From assembly GCA_963771175.1 (NCBI GenBank), contig CAVYSY010000031.1, forward strand, positions 160,001-224,000: DNA of 64,000 nucleotides, read 5' to 3'. A model generated the notes under the pieces. The model saw only the letters and a list, made by a program, of their open reading frames with translations. It was not told where the DNA came from and made no database searches. Origin of the DNA: an uncultured delta proteobacterium. GTDB taxonomy: Bacteria; Myxococcota; Myxococcia; Myxococcales; Myxococcaceae. Position 1 is the first letter of the stretch; every line of letters starts with the position of its first letter. Below, in pieces: positions 31,243 to 41,814 of this stretch. A program made the translations under genes and the position numbers.

Positions 31243-31551
31243 ATGGCAGGCAAATTCAGCAACACCACGACCCCCGGCCGGGGCTACACCGACGCCGTCT
31301 CCCAGTCGCGCGGCCTCACCGATACGAGCGGGCGCGCCGTGCCCGACGAGCGGCGCACCTTCTCGGAGCAGCGCGAGGAGAACTTCCCCGGCAGCGCGGA
31401 TGACGACACCCTCACCGGCCGGAGGGTCGGCTACGGGGCCGATCCTCAGAACCCCCCTCCCCTCTCGGCGGCGAGCGAGGAAGGAAGCGCTTCCGAGGCT
31501 GACGACATGGAGAGCGACGAAGCAGCCAGTGGTCGCGTGCAGGGCGGGTAG
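31243..31551 (+). CDS. Small hydrophilic hypothetical protein
   Basis: AGGAG RBS before ATG 31243; GC3-rich codon pattern. Confidence 0.6.
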   Translation: MAGKFSNTTTPGRGYTDAVSQSRGLTDTSGRAVPDERRTFSEQREENFPGSADDDTLTGRRVGYGADPQNPPPLSAASEEGSASEADDMESDEAASGRVQGG

Positions 31552-31572
31552 TGCGCAAACAGAAAGGGACTC

Positions 31573-32820
31573 ATGCCAGGACAGGCCCTTTCGCGATTAC
31601 TGGACCGACTCCCCTTCGGGCGGAGCGTCATCGATGGAGTTCCCGTCGCCCCGCCCCAGCACCTGCCGCACCGCGAGCCCACGCACGTCTTCCAGGGCTT
31701 CGAGTCGCTGCCGGTGGCCGACGGACCGCGCAGGCTCGGAACGGGAATCACGCTGCACGTGCACCACCCGGCGCCGCGCCCGCCCCGTGACCGCGAAAAG
31801 GGACTCCGCGTGATGACGTACAACATCCTCCTCGGAGGTCAGCGCCGCGAGTTGCTGGAGCGATACTTCGCCGAGCTGGAGGAGACCGGCCGCATGCCGG
31901 ACGTCATCGCGCTCCAGGAGGCGAGCCAGCCCACGGTGATGGAGCTCGCGCGCGACTACGGCTTCCACGTCGCCTACCACGGTCGGGACGTCAACGGGCC
32001 CGTGGTGAACGGCAAGGCAGTCCTCAGCCGCTATTCCATCCTCGAGACCGTCCACTACACCTACGCCTTCCCCGAGGAGGCGCGTCAGGCGGCCATCGCC
32101 CGCCAGGGCTTCGTCGGCGAGCTGGACGAGGACCGCGGCGCGATCTTCACGCTGCTCGACGTGCGCGGCCAGAAGCTCGCCCTCTACAACGTCCACCACA
32201 CGCTGGGCGACAGCGGCATCAACGCCGGCCAGCTCTGGCAACTCCAGGCCGTACTGCACGCGCTCTACGGCGTGCCCACCATCGCCCTGGGCGACTTCAA
32301 CGCCAACATCAACGTCAAGCACCACTACTCGCTGCTGCCCAACCCGATGCGCAGGCACGAGCCCACCGAGACGGTGCGGGACTACGAGCACCGCTACGGT
32401 GACGTGCACCCCAGCGTGGGTGACTGGGGCGTGGGCAACATCGCCGACCTCCGCGTGCGCCGCGCGCTGCACGCCCTGGAGCACGAGCTGCCCGACCCGC
32501 TCCACCGCGCCCGCGAGCTGCGCGTGCGCATGCCGGATGGCTCCCACATGACGCCCACCCAGGCCCGCGAGCTGCTCGTGGCCCACAAGGTGGAGAAGGG
32601 CCGCGAGCAGTGGCTGCGCCTCCAGGACGTGGCCGACATGTCCACCCTCAACGCCCTGCCCGACGAGACCGGCGTGCCCCCCGCCACCGGCAAGCGCTTC
32701 GACACCTTCTTCGCCTCCCGCCACCTCGAGCCCCTGCTGCTGGAGGTGGACCACTCCACCGAGGCGTCCGACCACCTGCCCTCCCTCGCCGACTTCCTCC
32801 TGCACGAGACCCGCCACTGA
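31573..32820 (+). CDS. Endonuclease/exonuclease/phosphatase (EEP) family protein
   Basis: LRVMTYNI, DVIALQE, LGDFN, RFDTFF and SDHLP motifs. Confidence 0.88.
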   Translation: MPGQALSRLLDRLPFGRSVIDGVPVAPPQHLPHREPTHVFQGFESLPVADGPRRLGTGITLHVHHPAPRPPRDREKGLRVMTYNILLGGQRRELLERYFAELEETGRMPDVIALQEASQPTVMELARDYGFHVAYHGRDVNGPVVNGKAVLSRYSILETVHYTYAFPEEARQAAIARQGFVGELDEDRGAIFTLLDVRGQKLALYNVHHTLGDSGINAGQLWQLQAVLHALYGVPTIALGDFNANINVKHHYSLLPNPMRRHEPTETVRDYEHRYGDVHPSVGDWGVGNIADLRVRRALHALEHELPDPLHRARELRVRMPDGSHMTPTQARELLVAHKVEKGREQWLRLQDVADMSTLNALPDETGVPPATGKRFDTFFASRHLEPLLLEVDHSTEASDHLPSLADFLLHETRH

Positions 32821-32892
32821 GACGGCCCTGGTGGGGACGGCGGCTTCCTGATGAAGTCGCCCCTCCCCACCTCCCTGGAGGAGAACCGTCCC

Positions 32893-33627
32893 GTGGTCCG
32901 ACTCTTCGTCCCGCTCCCGGCGCCCGCCCCCACCGAGGTGACGCTCTCCGGCGAGCGACGCCACTACCTCGTCCACGTCCTGCGGCTCGGCGAGGGCGCC
33001 TCGCTCGAGGTCTTCGATGGCTCGGGCAGCGCCTTCGACGCGCGCGTGGCCTCCCTGGACGAGGACTCGGTGCGCCTCGTGCTCGGCCCGGCCCGGCAGG
33101 CCCCTCCCCGGCGCCAGGTGGGCATCCTCCAGGGGCTCCCCAAGGGAGACAAGCTGGAGCTCATCCTCCAGAAGGGCACCGAGCTGGGCGCCACCTCCTT
33201 CCACCCCGTGGCCGCCGCGCGCAGCGTGGTGAAGCTCGAGCCCAAGCGCGCCGAGGAGCGCACCTCCCGCTGGAACAAAATCGTCGAGGAGGCCGCCCGC
33301 CAGTGCCGGCGCAACGACGTGCCCCTCGTCCACCCGCCTCGCCCCTTGCTGGAGGCGGCCCGCGCGCTCGCTCCCGGCACCACCCTGCTGGTGCTCGACG
33401 AGGAGGAGTCCGCCGTGCCGCTCGGCGAGGCCTTCCGGGCCGCCGCTCCCGGTGCCCCCGTGGCCCTCGTGGTGGGTCCCGAGGGCGGGCTGTCCCGCGA
33501 GGAAGTCACCGCGCTCCGGGCGCTCGGCGCGCGCCCCGTCACCCTCGGCCGGCTCATCCTCCGCACCGAGACGGCCGCGCTCGCCGCCCTCGCGGTGATG
33601 GCCCACCTGGATGGGGAGCTCGGCTAG
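32893..33627 (+). CDS. rsmE: 16S rRNA m3U1498 methyltransferase
   Basis: HYLVHVLRL, ILQKGTELG, EAARQC, VGPEGG, LGRLILRTETA; GTG start after GGAGGA. Confidence 0.93.
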   Translation: MVRLFVPLPAPAPTEVTLSGERRHYLVHVLRLGEGASLEVFDGSGSAFDARVASLDEDSVRLVLGPARQAPPRRQVGILQGLPKGDKLELILQKGTELGATSFHPVAAARSVVKLEPKRAEERTSRWNKIVEEAARQCRRNDVPLVHPPRPLLEAARALAPGTTLLVLDEEESAVPLGEAFRAAAPGAPVALVVGPEGGLSREEVTALRALGARPVTLGRLILRTETAALAALAVMAHLDGELG

Positions 33628-33756
33628 GGAAGCCCGGTCAGGCGCCGAGTGGACGAGCCCCCGGCCCCCAACGGCTGCCCACCCCGCACCGGCGGCCCTA
33701 TGTTCCCTCCACGACAGCAACGTCTTCCCGACGTCCAAAGAGAGGGAGCGGCACTC

Positions 33757-34023
33757 ATGGACTTCTTCGCCTACAGCGTCATCGGGCTCATCGTGGGCGT
33801 CATCGTGCGGGTCGCCCTGCCCCCAGCACCGCAGGTGGGGTTCCTGGGCAGCGTGTTGCTCGGTCTGGTGGGAGGCCTCGCGGGAGGCCTCCTCGGCGCG
33901 ATGCTGGCCCCGAGCGGGGTGAGCGATCGCATCGAGCCGCTGGGCATCGCATTGGCCCTCGTCCTCTCGACCGTGGTCACGGTCGGGGTGACCCTGATCA
34001 CCCGCCGCCGTCGCTTCGGCTGA
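33757..34023 (+). CDS. Small GlsB/YeaQ/YmgE-like membrane protein
   Basis: Gly-rich hydrophobic helices IGLIVGVIVR...LLGLVGGLAGGLLG. Confidence 0.65.
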   Translation: MDFFAYSVIGLIVGVIVRVALPPAPQVGFLGSVLLGLVGGLAGGLLGAMLAPSGVSDRIEPLGIALALVLSTVVTVGVTLITRRRRFG

Positions 34024-34146
34024 GCCCGGATCGTCGGCTCTCCGACGGCCTCCAGGCGAGGAACCCCGGCCTCCGGTGGTTTTCTTGCCCCGGACTCCGA
34101 GAGGGCGTTTCATGGTGCTACAGCCTTCTCCAGACTGGAGGAACCG

Positions 34147-35475
34147 TTGTCCAAGTGCCTGAAGTGCGGAGCTCCGCTGCCGCCTGTAGGGGACTGCCCC
34201 ACCTGCGCCGCCGCCTCCCAGCACGCGGCCCGGGCCGTCCCGAGTCTGTTGGATAAGGACATCCTGATCGACCGCCGCCGCCCGGATCGCGACGCGTCGG
34301 CAACGGCTCCCGTCCCGCCTCCCGCCGCTCCCATCACGCCCCCAGGCATGACCGCCCGCGCCCCGGTGCCTCCCGGGATGTCCCCGGCGGCCCCCCAGGC
34401 GCCGCGACCGCCAGCTCCGGCCGCGCCTCGCGCCCAGGCGCCCTCGGCTCCGGGACTGCCGGTGATGCCCCCTCGCCCACCCGCGCCGGCCGGCGCTCCG
34501 GTCGCGCAGAGGGGACAGCCTCCGCAAGCGCCCGCCATGCCGTCGGCGCACGCGCTCCGGCCCCAGCCCGCGCCCGCCCAGGCCGTCGCACCCCGCCCTC
34601 CGGCCCCCTCGGCGCCGCCTCCGCAGGCCCCCGCCTTCAACCTCCCCGGCGTCGCCGCTCCGGCCCCGCGCACGAACACCCCGAGCATGGGTGTTCCAAC
34701 GGTCTCGGCACCGCAGCCCGCCCCCACCCCGGGCCTGCCCGTGATGCCCCCTCGCGCGCCCGCCGCGCCTGGCCTCCCCCATGTGCCGGCGGCGAAGGCC
34801 GCTCCCGTGCCGCTGGACCTGAGCGCGCCCGAGGAGGAGTCCTTCTCGGTCGACGTCGATGATGCGGCCGAGCCCGTCGCGCCCGTCGCTCCGCCCGTGG
34901 TCGCCACCGTCGCGCCGTCCCCGCGCCCGACGACCCCGCGCCCGCGCCCGTGAAGACGGCTCCCGCGAAGACGCTCCCGGTGTCTGCCGAGAGCCGGGGT
35001 GACGGAGGTCCACGCGCGCCCGGCCTCGCTCTGGCGCCGGCTGCTGGCCTTCACCGTCGACACCGGCGCCATCGCCGGGGTGGCCGCGCTCTACCTCATG
35101 CTCGCCTCCTCCGTGGCCGGCGTGCACGCGCCCGCGACGGGCCTGTCCGGTCTCGACGCCCTCATCGTCCAGATGCACGCGCTCCAGGCCGTGCTGGTCC
35201 CCGGCGTCGTGCTCGTCCTGGTGCTGTCGCTCGTCTACTGCGCCGTGGCCGCCTTCCTCTGGAACGGACGCACGCTGGGCCGGCGTCTGCTCGGTCTGCG
35301 GCTCGTGGACACCCACGGGCTCGCACCGGCTCCTGGTCGTGCCATGGTGCGCGCCGTGCTCGCGAGCCTGTCGTTCGGCCTCTTCCTGGCCGGCTTCTGG
35401 ATGGCGCTCTTCGACCGCCGCGGCCAGACGCTGCACGACAAGCTCACGTCCACGTACGTCGTGCAGCCGAGCTAG
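34147..35475 (+). CDS. RDD family membrane protein with N-terminal zinc ribbon and Pro-rich linker, frameshift near 34945
   Basis: CLKCG...CPTC; long Pro/Ala linker; ASLWRRLLAFTVD, GRTLGRRLLGLRLV, QTLHDKLTSTYVV. Confidence 0.8.
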
Positions 35476-35709
35476 CCCGATGCAGCGCCAGTAGGGTTGC
35501 CTGCCAGCCCACCCGCAAGTGAGGGTCCAGGAGAGCAGGCAGGCAACGCCCCCTGCCCCATGCCCCCCACTCCTGGCCAACGGAGAAGTGCTAGAAGTCT
35601 CCGCCCAGAACGCCCCAACCCCTTCTGAGCGGAGGACCGGCAGGACACCTGGGTCTTTAGAAGGATTCGTTGTGCCTGCCGGCCGCGGCTTTAAGATGCC
35701 GCGTCCCCC

Positions 35710-38342
35710 ATGCCTTCCCATCTTGCCCAAACCCTGATCGCGCAAGGCCTCCTCCCCGCAGGACAAGGCCGAGGAAGCCTTGCGTCACCAGGCGGCGCAG
35801 GGTGGCTCCATCGACACCGCGCTGCTGGAGCGCCGGCTCGTGGCCCCGAGCCCGCAGGTGCTCCACGCACTCGGAGAGGCATCGGGGCTGCCGGCCGGTC
35901 AACCTCGCCGACTTCGAGCCCAACACCGGACGTCGCCTCCTTCATCCCGCCGAAGATCGCCGAGCGCCTGTGCGTGGTGCCGCTGTCCCTCGACGGCAGC
36001 ACCCTGCACGTGGCCTGCGGCTACCCGGTACCGCAGGAAGGAGCTCGACGAGGTGGGCTTCCTCCTCGGCAAGCCGCTCGAGCTGTGGGTGGCCATCGAG
36101 GCTCGCGTCCGCGAGTGGATCTCCGTCATCTACCGGCAGCCGCTCGCCCAGCGCTACACCCACATCCTCGCCTCGCTCGACCCGGAGAAGAATGACGCGG
36201 CGGCTCCGGCCGCTCCGGTGGCGGCCCAGCCGCAACAGCCCGCTCCAACGCCGCCTCCTCCGGCGCCGAAGCCCGCGGCATCGGAGGAGGCCTCCCTCAC
36301 CCTGGAGCTGGTCGGAGCGGCTGGCGCGCTCCGTCGCCAGTGAGCCCGTCGCGCTCGAGAGAGCGCCCGCCGCCCCGCAGAACGCGCGCCGTGGCGCCCC
36401 CCGCCCAGCCTCAGCGGGCCGCGCCCGCCCGTGCAGCCGCCTCCTCCGGCGACGGCTCCCTCCGCGCCCGCGCCGAGTGCCGTGCCGCCTCCGGCCTTCG
36501 TCCGGGAGCCGCTGCGCCTGAACATGCCCGAGTCCGCGCGCCCCGCGGCTCCGTCCCAGGCCCAGCCCCCGCAGCGCCCGAGCCCCCGGCACCAGTCGCC
36601 GCCCGTCCGACGGCTCCACCGCAGCCGCAGGCCCAGCCCGCCCCGGCCGCGCCCCCGCAGCCCGTCGCAGCAGCCGCCCGCGCCGCAGCCCGTCGCCTCC
36701 GCCGGAGGTCCCCAGCCGCGCCCGAAGCTCGAGCCGCGCGTGCCCGAGACTCCCGCGCAGCAGTCCGCCCGGGACGAGGTGCCCGAGTGGACGCTCACCC
36801 AGGCGCGCGCCGCCCTCAAGGAGTCCACGAAGGATCGCGATCGCCTCATGGACACCGCCCTGCGCTTCGGGCGCCGCACCTTCGACTACGTGTGCCGCGT
36901 TCGCCGTGCTGCGCGGCGCGGCCGTGGGCTGGGACGCGCGCGGCGAGGGCCTGGGCGGTCGACAAGCTCTCGCAGGTGTCCGTTCCGCTCGACGCCTCCA
37001 GCGTCTTCCGCACCGTGGCCATCACCCGCGGCAGCTACGCGGGCCCCATGCCGCCGGACAGCCTGACGAAGCACTACCTGGAGCTGTTCGGCCGCCAGCC
37101 GCCCCGCACCCTCTTCCTCTACCCGGTGGAGGTGCGCGGCCGGCTCGTGGCCATCCTCTACGGGGACTGCGGCCAGAAGCCCATCAGCCAGCGCCGCCTG
37201 TCGGACTTCATCCTGTTCTGCCAGGACATGCCCGGCGCCTTCCAGGAGCTCATCCTCTTCCGCAAGCAGCGTCTGGGCGAGCTGCGCAACACGCTGGACT
37301 TCGACGTGGACGTGGAGGACGCGCCCGCCGCCAGCCCAGCACGCCCGCGAACGCGCCCCCCACCCCCGCCATGGCCGCGGGCCTGGGGTGGAGCCCCTTC
37401 GTCACGCGCTCCGCCAGCGCGCTGGGCCGCGCCGCCGCCATGGCGCCGCTGCGTCATGTCCCAGGAGGAGCGCCCGCCGCCGGACTTCGGCCCCCTCCTC
37501 AAGCGCCTCACCGGCCCGGACGCCGACCAGCGCTCGAGCGCCATGGCCGAGCTGGCGCGCTCGCCCGAGGCCAGCGCCAAGGTGCTCGCCACCCACTTCC
37601 CCGGCCCCACCGCGTGGAGCCGCCTGCCGGTGGTGGAGCTGCCCGAGGCGGACGAGCTCGGCCCCATCCCCGGCGCCCTCTCGCGGCTCGGCCGGCCCGC
37701 GGCCCAGGTGCTCGGCGCCGCTGCTGGACTCGAGCGACGCGGACACCCGCTACTTCGCGCTCCTCACCGCGGGCAGCCTGCCCTTCGTGGAGCTGGTGGA
37801 CGGCGTGCTGCGCGGCCTCTTCGACTACGAGCCGGACATCTCCAGCGCCGCGCGCGTGGCCGCCGCCGCCCTCAAGCACCTGCCCCGCCTGGACGCCGCC
37901 AAGAAGGACCTGCGCCAGGAGCTCACCAGCCGGGACGCGCTGCGCCGCTCGCTGGCCGCGCGCGCCCTGGGCACGCTGCACGACCGCGACGCCATCGAGG
38001 GCCTCATCAACCTCACCGGCAGCGACGACGAGATGTGCGCCCAGGCCGCCGCCGAGGCCCTGCGCGAGGTGACGCGCGCCACGATTCGGCCTGGACAAGC
38101 GCGCGTGGACGGTGTGGTGGGCGGACAACCGGCAGCGCCGCCGCGCGGACTGGCTGGTGGCCGCGCTGCGCCACCCGGAGCTGGACATCCGCCTGGCCGC
38201 CATCGAGGAGCTCAGCCGCGTCCTCAGCGACACGCTGGGCTACTACGCCGACGCCCCCGAGCCCGAGCGCGAGGCCGCCGTGCGCCGGTGGGAGGCCGCG
38301 GTGGCGGACCCGTCGAGGGCCCGCCGGCTGGCCCTGCTGTAG
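35710..38342 (+). CDS. frgA: FrgA-like protein (T2SSE_N/MshEN-like domain, Pro-rich linker, GAF-like region, HEAT repeats), multiply frameshifted
   Basis: LAQTLIAQGLL...ALRHQ; IPPKIAERLCVVPL; LFLYPVEVRGRLVAILYGD; HEAT repeats; followed by a histidine kinase and sigma54 regulator as in the Myxococcus frg locus (recalled, not searched). Confidence 0.65.
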
Positions 38343-38363
38343 CGCGACCGTGACGAGGGGGCG

Positions 38364-39908
38364 ATGACGAGCCAGGCGTGGATCAGCCTCGGGGCCTGCG
38401 CGGGGCTGCTGGCGCTGGGGGGAATGGCCCTGGTGCGCGTGGGGCGCAGCGCGCCGGCACTCCCGCTGTCGGTGCTGTCCATCGGCCTGTCCACCTGGAA
38501 CTTCGCCGACTTCGCCCTGGCGCACTCGGGCGAGCCGGGCTGGCGCCTCATCGCCATGACGGCGGCGCTGATGAGTGCCCCGTCCGCGTTCCACTTCATC
38601 CTCTCCTTCGTGGGCGAGCGGCGCCGGCTGGCCGCGGTGATGTTCTCCGCGTACGGCGTCTTTGGAGCGCTGGCGGCCACGTCGCTGGCGGGGCTGGGCT
38701 CGGCGCGCGTGGCGGCGGCGGTGGGCTCGCGCGGCTTCGCGGTGACGGTGCTGGCGCTCAGCGGGCCACTGCTGCTCGGCGGCTTCGGCCTGCTCACCCT
38801 GCACCTGCGCCGCGAGGTGCGCACCACCGAGCGCACGCGGGCGGGCCTGCTCCTCACGAGCCTGGCGCTGCTGGTGACGCTGCTGGGCACGGACCTCGTC
38901 GCGGTGCTGGGCACGGACGTGCCACGCCTGGGCAACCTGGGCACGCTGCTGGGCCTGCCGGCCATCGCGGTGGTGGCCCTGCGCCTGCGCCTCTTCGGAC
39001 GGGAGCTGTCCAACGCCCATGCCATGTCCGCGGTGCTGCTGGCGCTGATGGGCGTGCTCTCCTACCTCGCCGTCTTCCAGCTCTTCGCCGCGCAGTACGG
39101 CGCGCTGGTGGTGGGGACGGTCGCCATCACCCTGGCGCTGCTGGCCGCCACGCGCCGGGCCGTCATCGCCTTCGTCACCCAGCGCGAGCGGCTGGAGAAC
39201 CTCGCCACCCTGGGCCGCTTCTCCGCGCAGATGGCGCATGACCTGAAGAACCCCATCGCCGCGCTCAAGGGCGCCGCGCAGTACCTCAAGGAGGAGCACG
39301 CGCGGGGGCAGTCCTGGAACGACAAGGGCGAGTTCCTCGACCTGCTGCTGGAGCAGGTGGAGCGGCTGGATCGGGTGGTGAGCACCTACCAGCGCCTGGG
39401 CCGGGTGGAGCCGCTGCTGCAGCCGCTGGACCTGAACCAACTGGTGGCGAGTGTCCTGTCCCTGCAGTCCTTCACCGGCCGCCCCGAGGTGCAACTGCGA
39501 CGCGAGCTCGCGACGGAGCTGCCGCGCTGCTCGGGGGACTGGGATCTGCTGGCCAACGCGCTGGAGAACCTCGTGCGCAACGCCTTCGAGGCCATGCCGC
39601 GCGGGGGTGCGCTCACCGTCCGGACCCAGCTCGAGGGCACGGGCGTGGTGCTCTCGGTGGAGGACACGGGCGAGGGGATGAACGCGCGCACCCGCGAGCG
39701 GGCCTTCGACGACTTCTACACCACCAAGGCCACGGGAAGCGGGCTGGGGCTCGCCTTCGTGCGGCGGGTGGTGGAGGCCCACGGCGGACAGGTGACGCTG
39801 ACGAGCCACGAGGGACGAGGCACCCTCGTGCGAATCCGCCTGCCAGCCTCCGACGTGCCCGCCAGTGCTACCGTAGGAGGAGAGGGAGCCCCCTGGCCGA
39901 GCCCCTGA
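38364..39908 (+). CDS. Multi-TM sensor histidine kinase (FrgB-like)
   Basis: H-box MAHDLKNPI, N-box NLVRNAFEA, G1 DTGEGM, FYTTK, G2 GSGLGL. Confidence 0.9.
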   Translation: MTSQAWISLGACAGLLALGGMALVRVGRSAPALPLSVLSIGLSTWNFADFALAHSGEPGWRLIAMTAALMSAPSAFHFILSFVGERRRLAAVMFSAYGVFGALAATSLAGLGSARVAAAVGSRGFAVTVLALSGPLLLGGFGLLTLHLRREVRTTERTRAGLLLTSLALLVTLLGTDLVAVLGTDVPRLGNLGTLLGLPAIAVVALRLRLFGRELSNAHAMSAVLLALMGVLSYLAVFQLFAAQYGALVVGTVAITLALLAATRRAVIAFVTQRERLENLATLGRFSAQMAHDLKNPIAALKGAAQYLKEEHARGQSWNDKGEFLDLLLEQVERLDRVVSTYQRLGRVEPLLQPLDLNQLVASVLSLQSFTGRPEVQLRRELATELPRCSGDWDLLANALENLVRNAFEAMPRGGALTVRTQLEGTGVVLSVEDTGEGMNARTRERAFDDFYTTKATGSGLGLAFVRRVVEAHGGQVTLTSHEGRGTLVRIRLPASDVPASATVGGEGAPWPSP

Positions 39909-39953
39909 ACATGAACGACACGCCCCACCTCCGCCCCAGCCCGTGAGTCCTCC

Positions 39954-41225
39954 GTGATCGAATCCGAAGCGGTCCTCCCCGCGGCCGCCCCTGAAGAGCG
40001 TTGGTCCTGGCCTCCCCTGTTCGGCCTGCTCGAGGTCCAGTTCGGCGCCGCCGTCGGCTTCCTACAGACGGCCGTGCCCTACTGGCTGGCGAAGGACGGC
40101 ATGCCGCTCGCCGAGATTGGCCTGCTGTCCGGCACCGCCTTCTCGCCCCATGCCTGGAAGCTGTTGTGGGTGCCGCTCATCGACCTCGGCCCGTGGCGGC
40201 GCATCTGGTACGGCGTCTCCACGCTGCTCACCGCGCTGCTCCTCCTGGCGTGCGCGCTGCTGCCCGATCCGTCGCGGAACCTCGGGCTCTACACGCTGCT
40301 GCTCACCGGCCTGCAAGCGACGGCGTCCACGGCGCACGCGGCGCTCAACGGCCTGATGGCCATCTCCACGCGCATCGAGGACAAGGGCCGCACCGGCGGA
40401 TGGCAGATGGCCGGCAACGTGGGCGCCACGAGCCTGCTCGGCGCCCTCACCATCGGGCTCGCCAGCGCCTTCTCCCGGCAGGTCGCCGGCATCGTACTGG
40501 CCACCCTCGTGCTCGTGAGCGGGGCGGGCATCTTCTGGATCGTCGAGCGCCAGGGCGCCAGGACCGAGCGGGCCCCCGTGCTGCGCGCCGCCTGGGAGCG
40601 CGTGAAGGGCATCGTGTCCGACCTCTTCCACACCGCCTTCAGCCGTGACGGGCTCATCCTGCTGGTGCTGTGCCTCATGCCGGTGAGCTGCGGCGCGCTC
40701 ACCAACCTCTTCAGCGCGATGGCGGGCGACTACCAGGTCCCCGAGCACATGGTGGAGCTGGTGAACGGCCTGGGCATGGGCATCGCCGGCGCGCTCGGCT
40801 CGCTGGCGGGCGGCTGGATGTCGGACCGCATGAACCGCAAGCTCAACTACGCGCTGATGGGCGGCGCCACGGGGCTGTGTGCTCTCGCCATGGCGGCCGC
40901 GCCGATGACCCAGACGACGTACATCTGGGGCACGCTCGCCTACGCCTTCGCCAATGGCGCGTCCTACGCGGCCTTCGCCGGCATGGTGCTGGAGATGGTC
41001 AGCGAGGGAGCGGCGGTGACAACCAAGTACACGCTCTTCGTCGCGGCCTCGAACCTCGCCATCAGCTACGTCACCGCGCTCGACGGCAACGCGTCGAACT
41101 TCCGGGGCCTTGGCACCCGCGCGAGCGTCGCGTTCGACGGCCTCATCACCTTCGCGGGCATCTCGGTGGTGGTGGTGATCTTCCTGCTCTTCCTGCGCAA
41201 GAAGCCCCAGCCCGCGGCCGCTTGA
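39954..41225 (+). CDS. MFS transporter (AmpG-like)
   Basis: About 12 TM segments; PHAWKLLWVPLID; GGWMSDRMNRK. Confidence 0.8.
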   Translation: MIESEAVLPAAAPEERWSWPPLFGLLEVQFGAAVGFLQTAVPYWLAKDGMPLAEIGLLSGTAFSPHAWKLLWVPLIDLGPWRRIWYGVSTLLTALLLLACALLPDPSRNLGLYTLLLTGLQATASTAHAALNGLMAISTRIEDKGRTGGWQMAGNVGATSLLGALTIGLASAFSRQVAGIVLATLVLVSGAGIFWIVERQGARTERAPVLRAAWERVKGIVSDLFHTAFSRDGLILLVLCLMPVSCGALTNLFSAMAGDYQVPEHMVELVNGLGMGIAGALGSLAGGWMSDRMNRKLNYALMGGATGLCALAMAAAPMTQTTYIWGTLAYAFANGASYAAFAGMVLEMVSEGAAVTTKYTLFVAASNLAISYVTALDGNASNFRGLGTRASVAFDGLITFAGISVVVVIFLLFLRKKPQPAAA

Positions 41226-41310
41226 GATGACCTGGAGCTTCAGATTCGCTTAAGAAATGTCAGGGAGCATGAAAACCCCTCCCACTGTTCCACGACCAGG
41301 AGACCCCTCG

Positions 41311-41703
41311 ATGCTCCAACATTTCCGTCCGCTGCTGACTGCCCTGAGCGGTGCCGCCCTCCTGCTGCTTGGAGGCTGCGGGGAAGACACGGGCCCCACC
41401 GGCACCACCTGCCCGACCGGGGGCACGCAGCTCACCGCGCAGAACTTCGGCACGGCCTTCATGCAGCAGTACTGCACGCGCTGCCACAGCTCGACGCTCA
41501 GTGGCAGCGCACGCCAGGACGCCCCCGCGGACGTGAACGTCGACACCCTGGAGGGAATACGCGCGTCGGCGGGTGAGATCGACGAATGGACGGGCGCCGG
41601 CCCCGACCGGGAGAACACCGCGATGCCGGAGAACGGCCCCATGCCCACCACGGACGAGCGGCGCAAGCTCAGCGAGTGGCTGGCCTGCGGCGCGCCGCAG
41701 TAG
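41311..41703 (+). CDS. Monoheme c-type cytochrome lipoprotein
   Basis: Lipobox LLLGG-C; CXXCH motif YCTRCH; distal AMP motif. Confidence 0.75.
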   Translation: MLQHFRPLLTALSGAALLLLGGCGEDTGPTGTTCPTGGTQLTAQNFGTAFMQQYCTRCHSSTLSGSARQDAPADVNVDTLEGIRASAGEIDEWTGAGPDRENTAMPENGPMPTTDERRKLSEWLACGAPQ

Positions 41704-41814
41704 GCGGCCCACACGCGCCGTGCGGCCGGTGGAGTGCTCCAGCGGGAAGCAACGCTGACGGGCCAGGAGGGGTGCGCTACCATCGCGCCGCCCCGCACCA
41801 GGAGAAGGAGCACC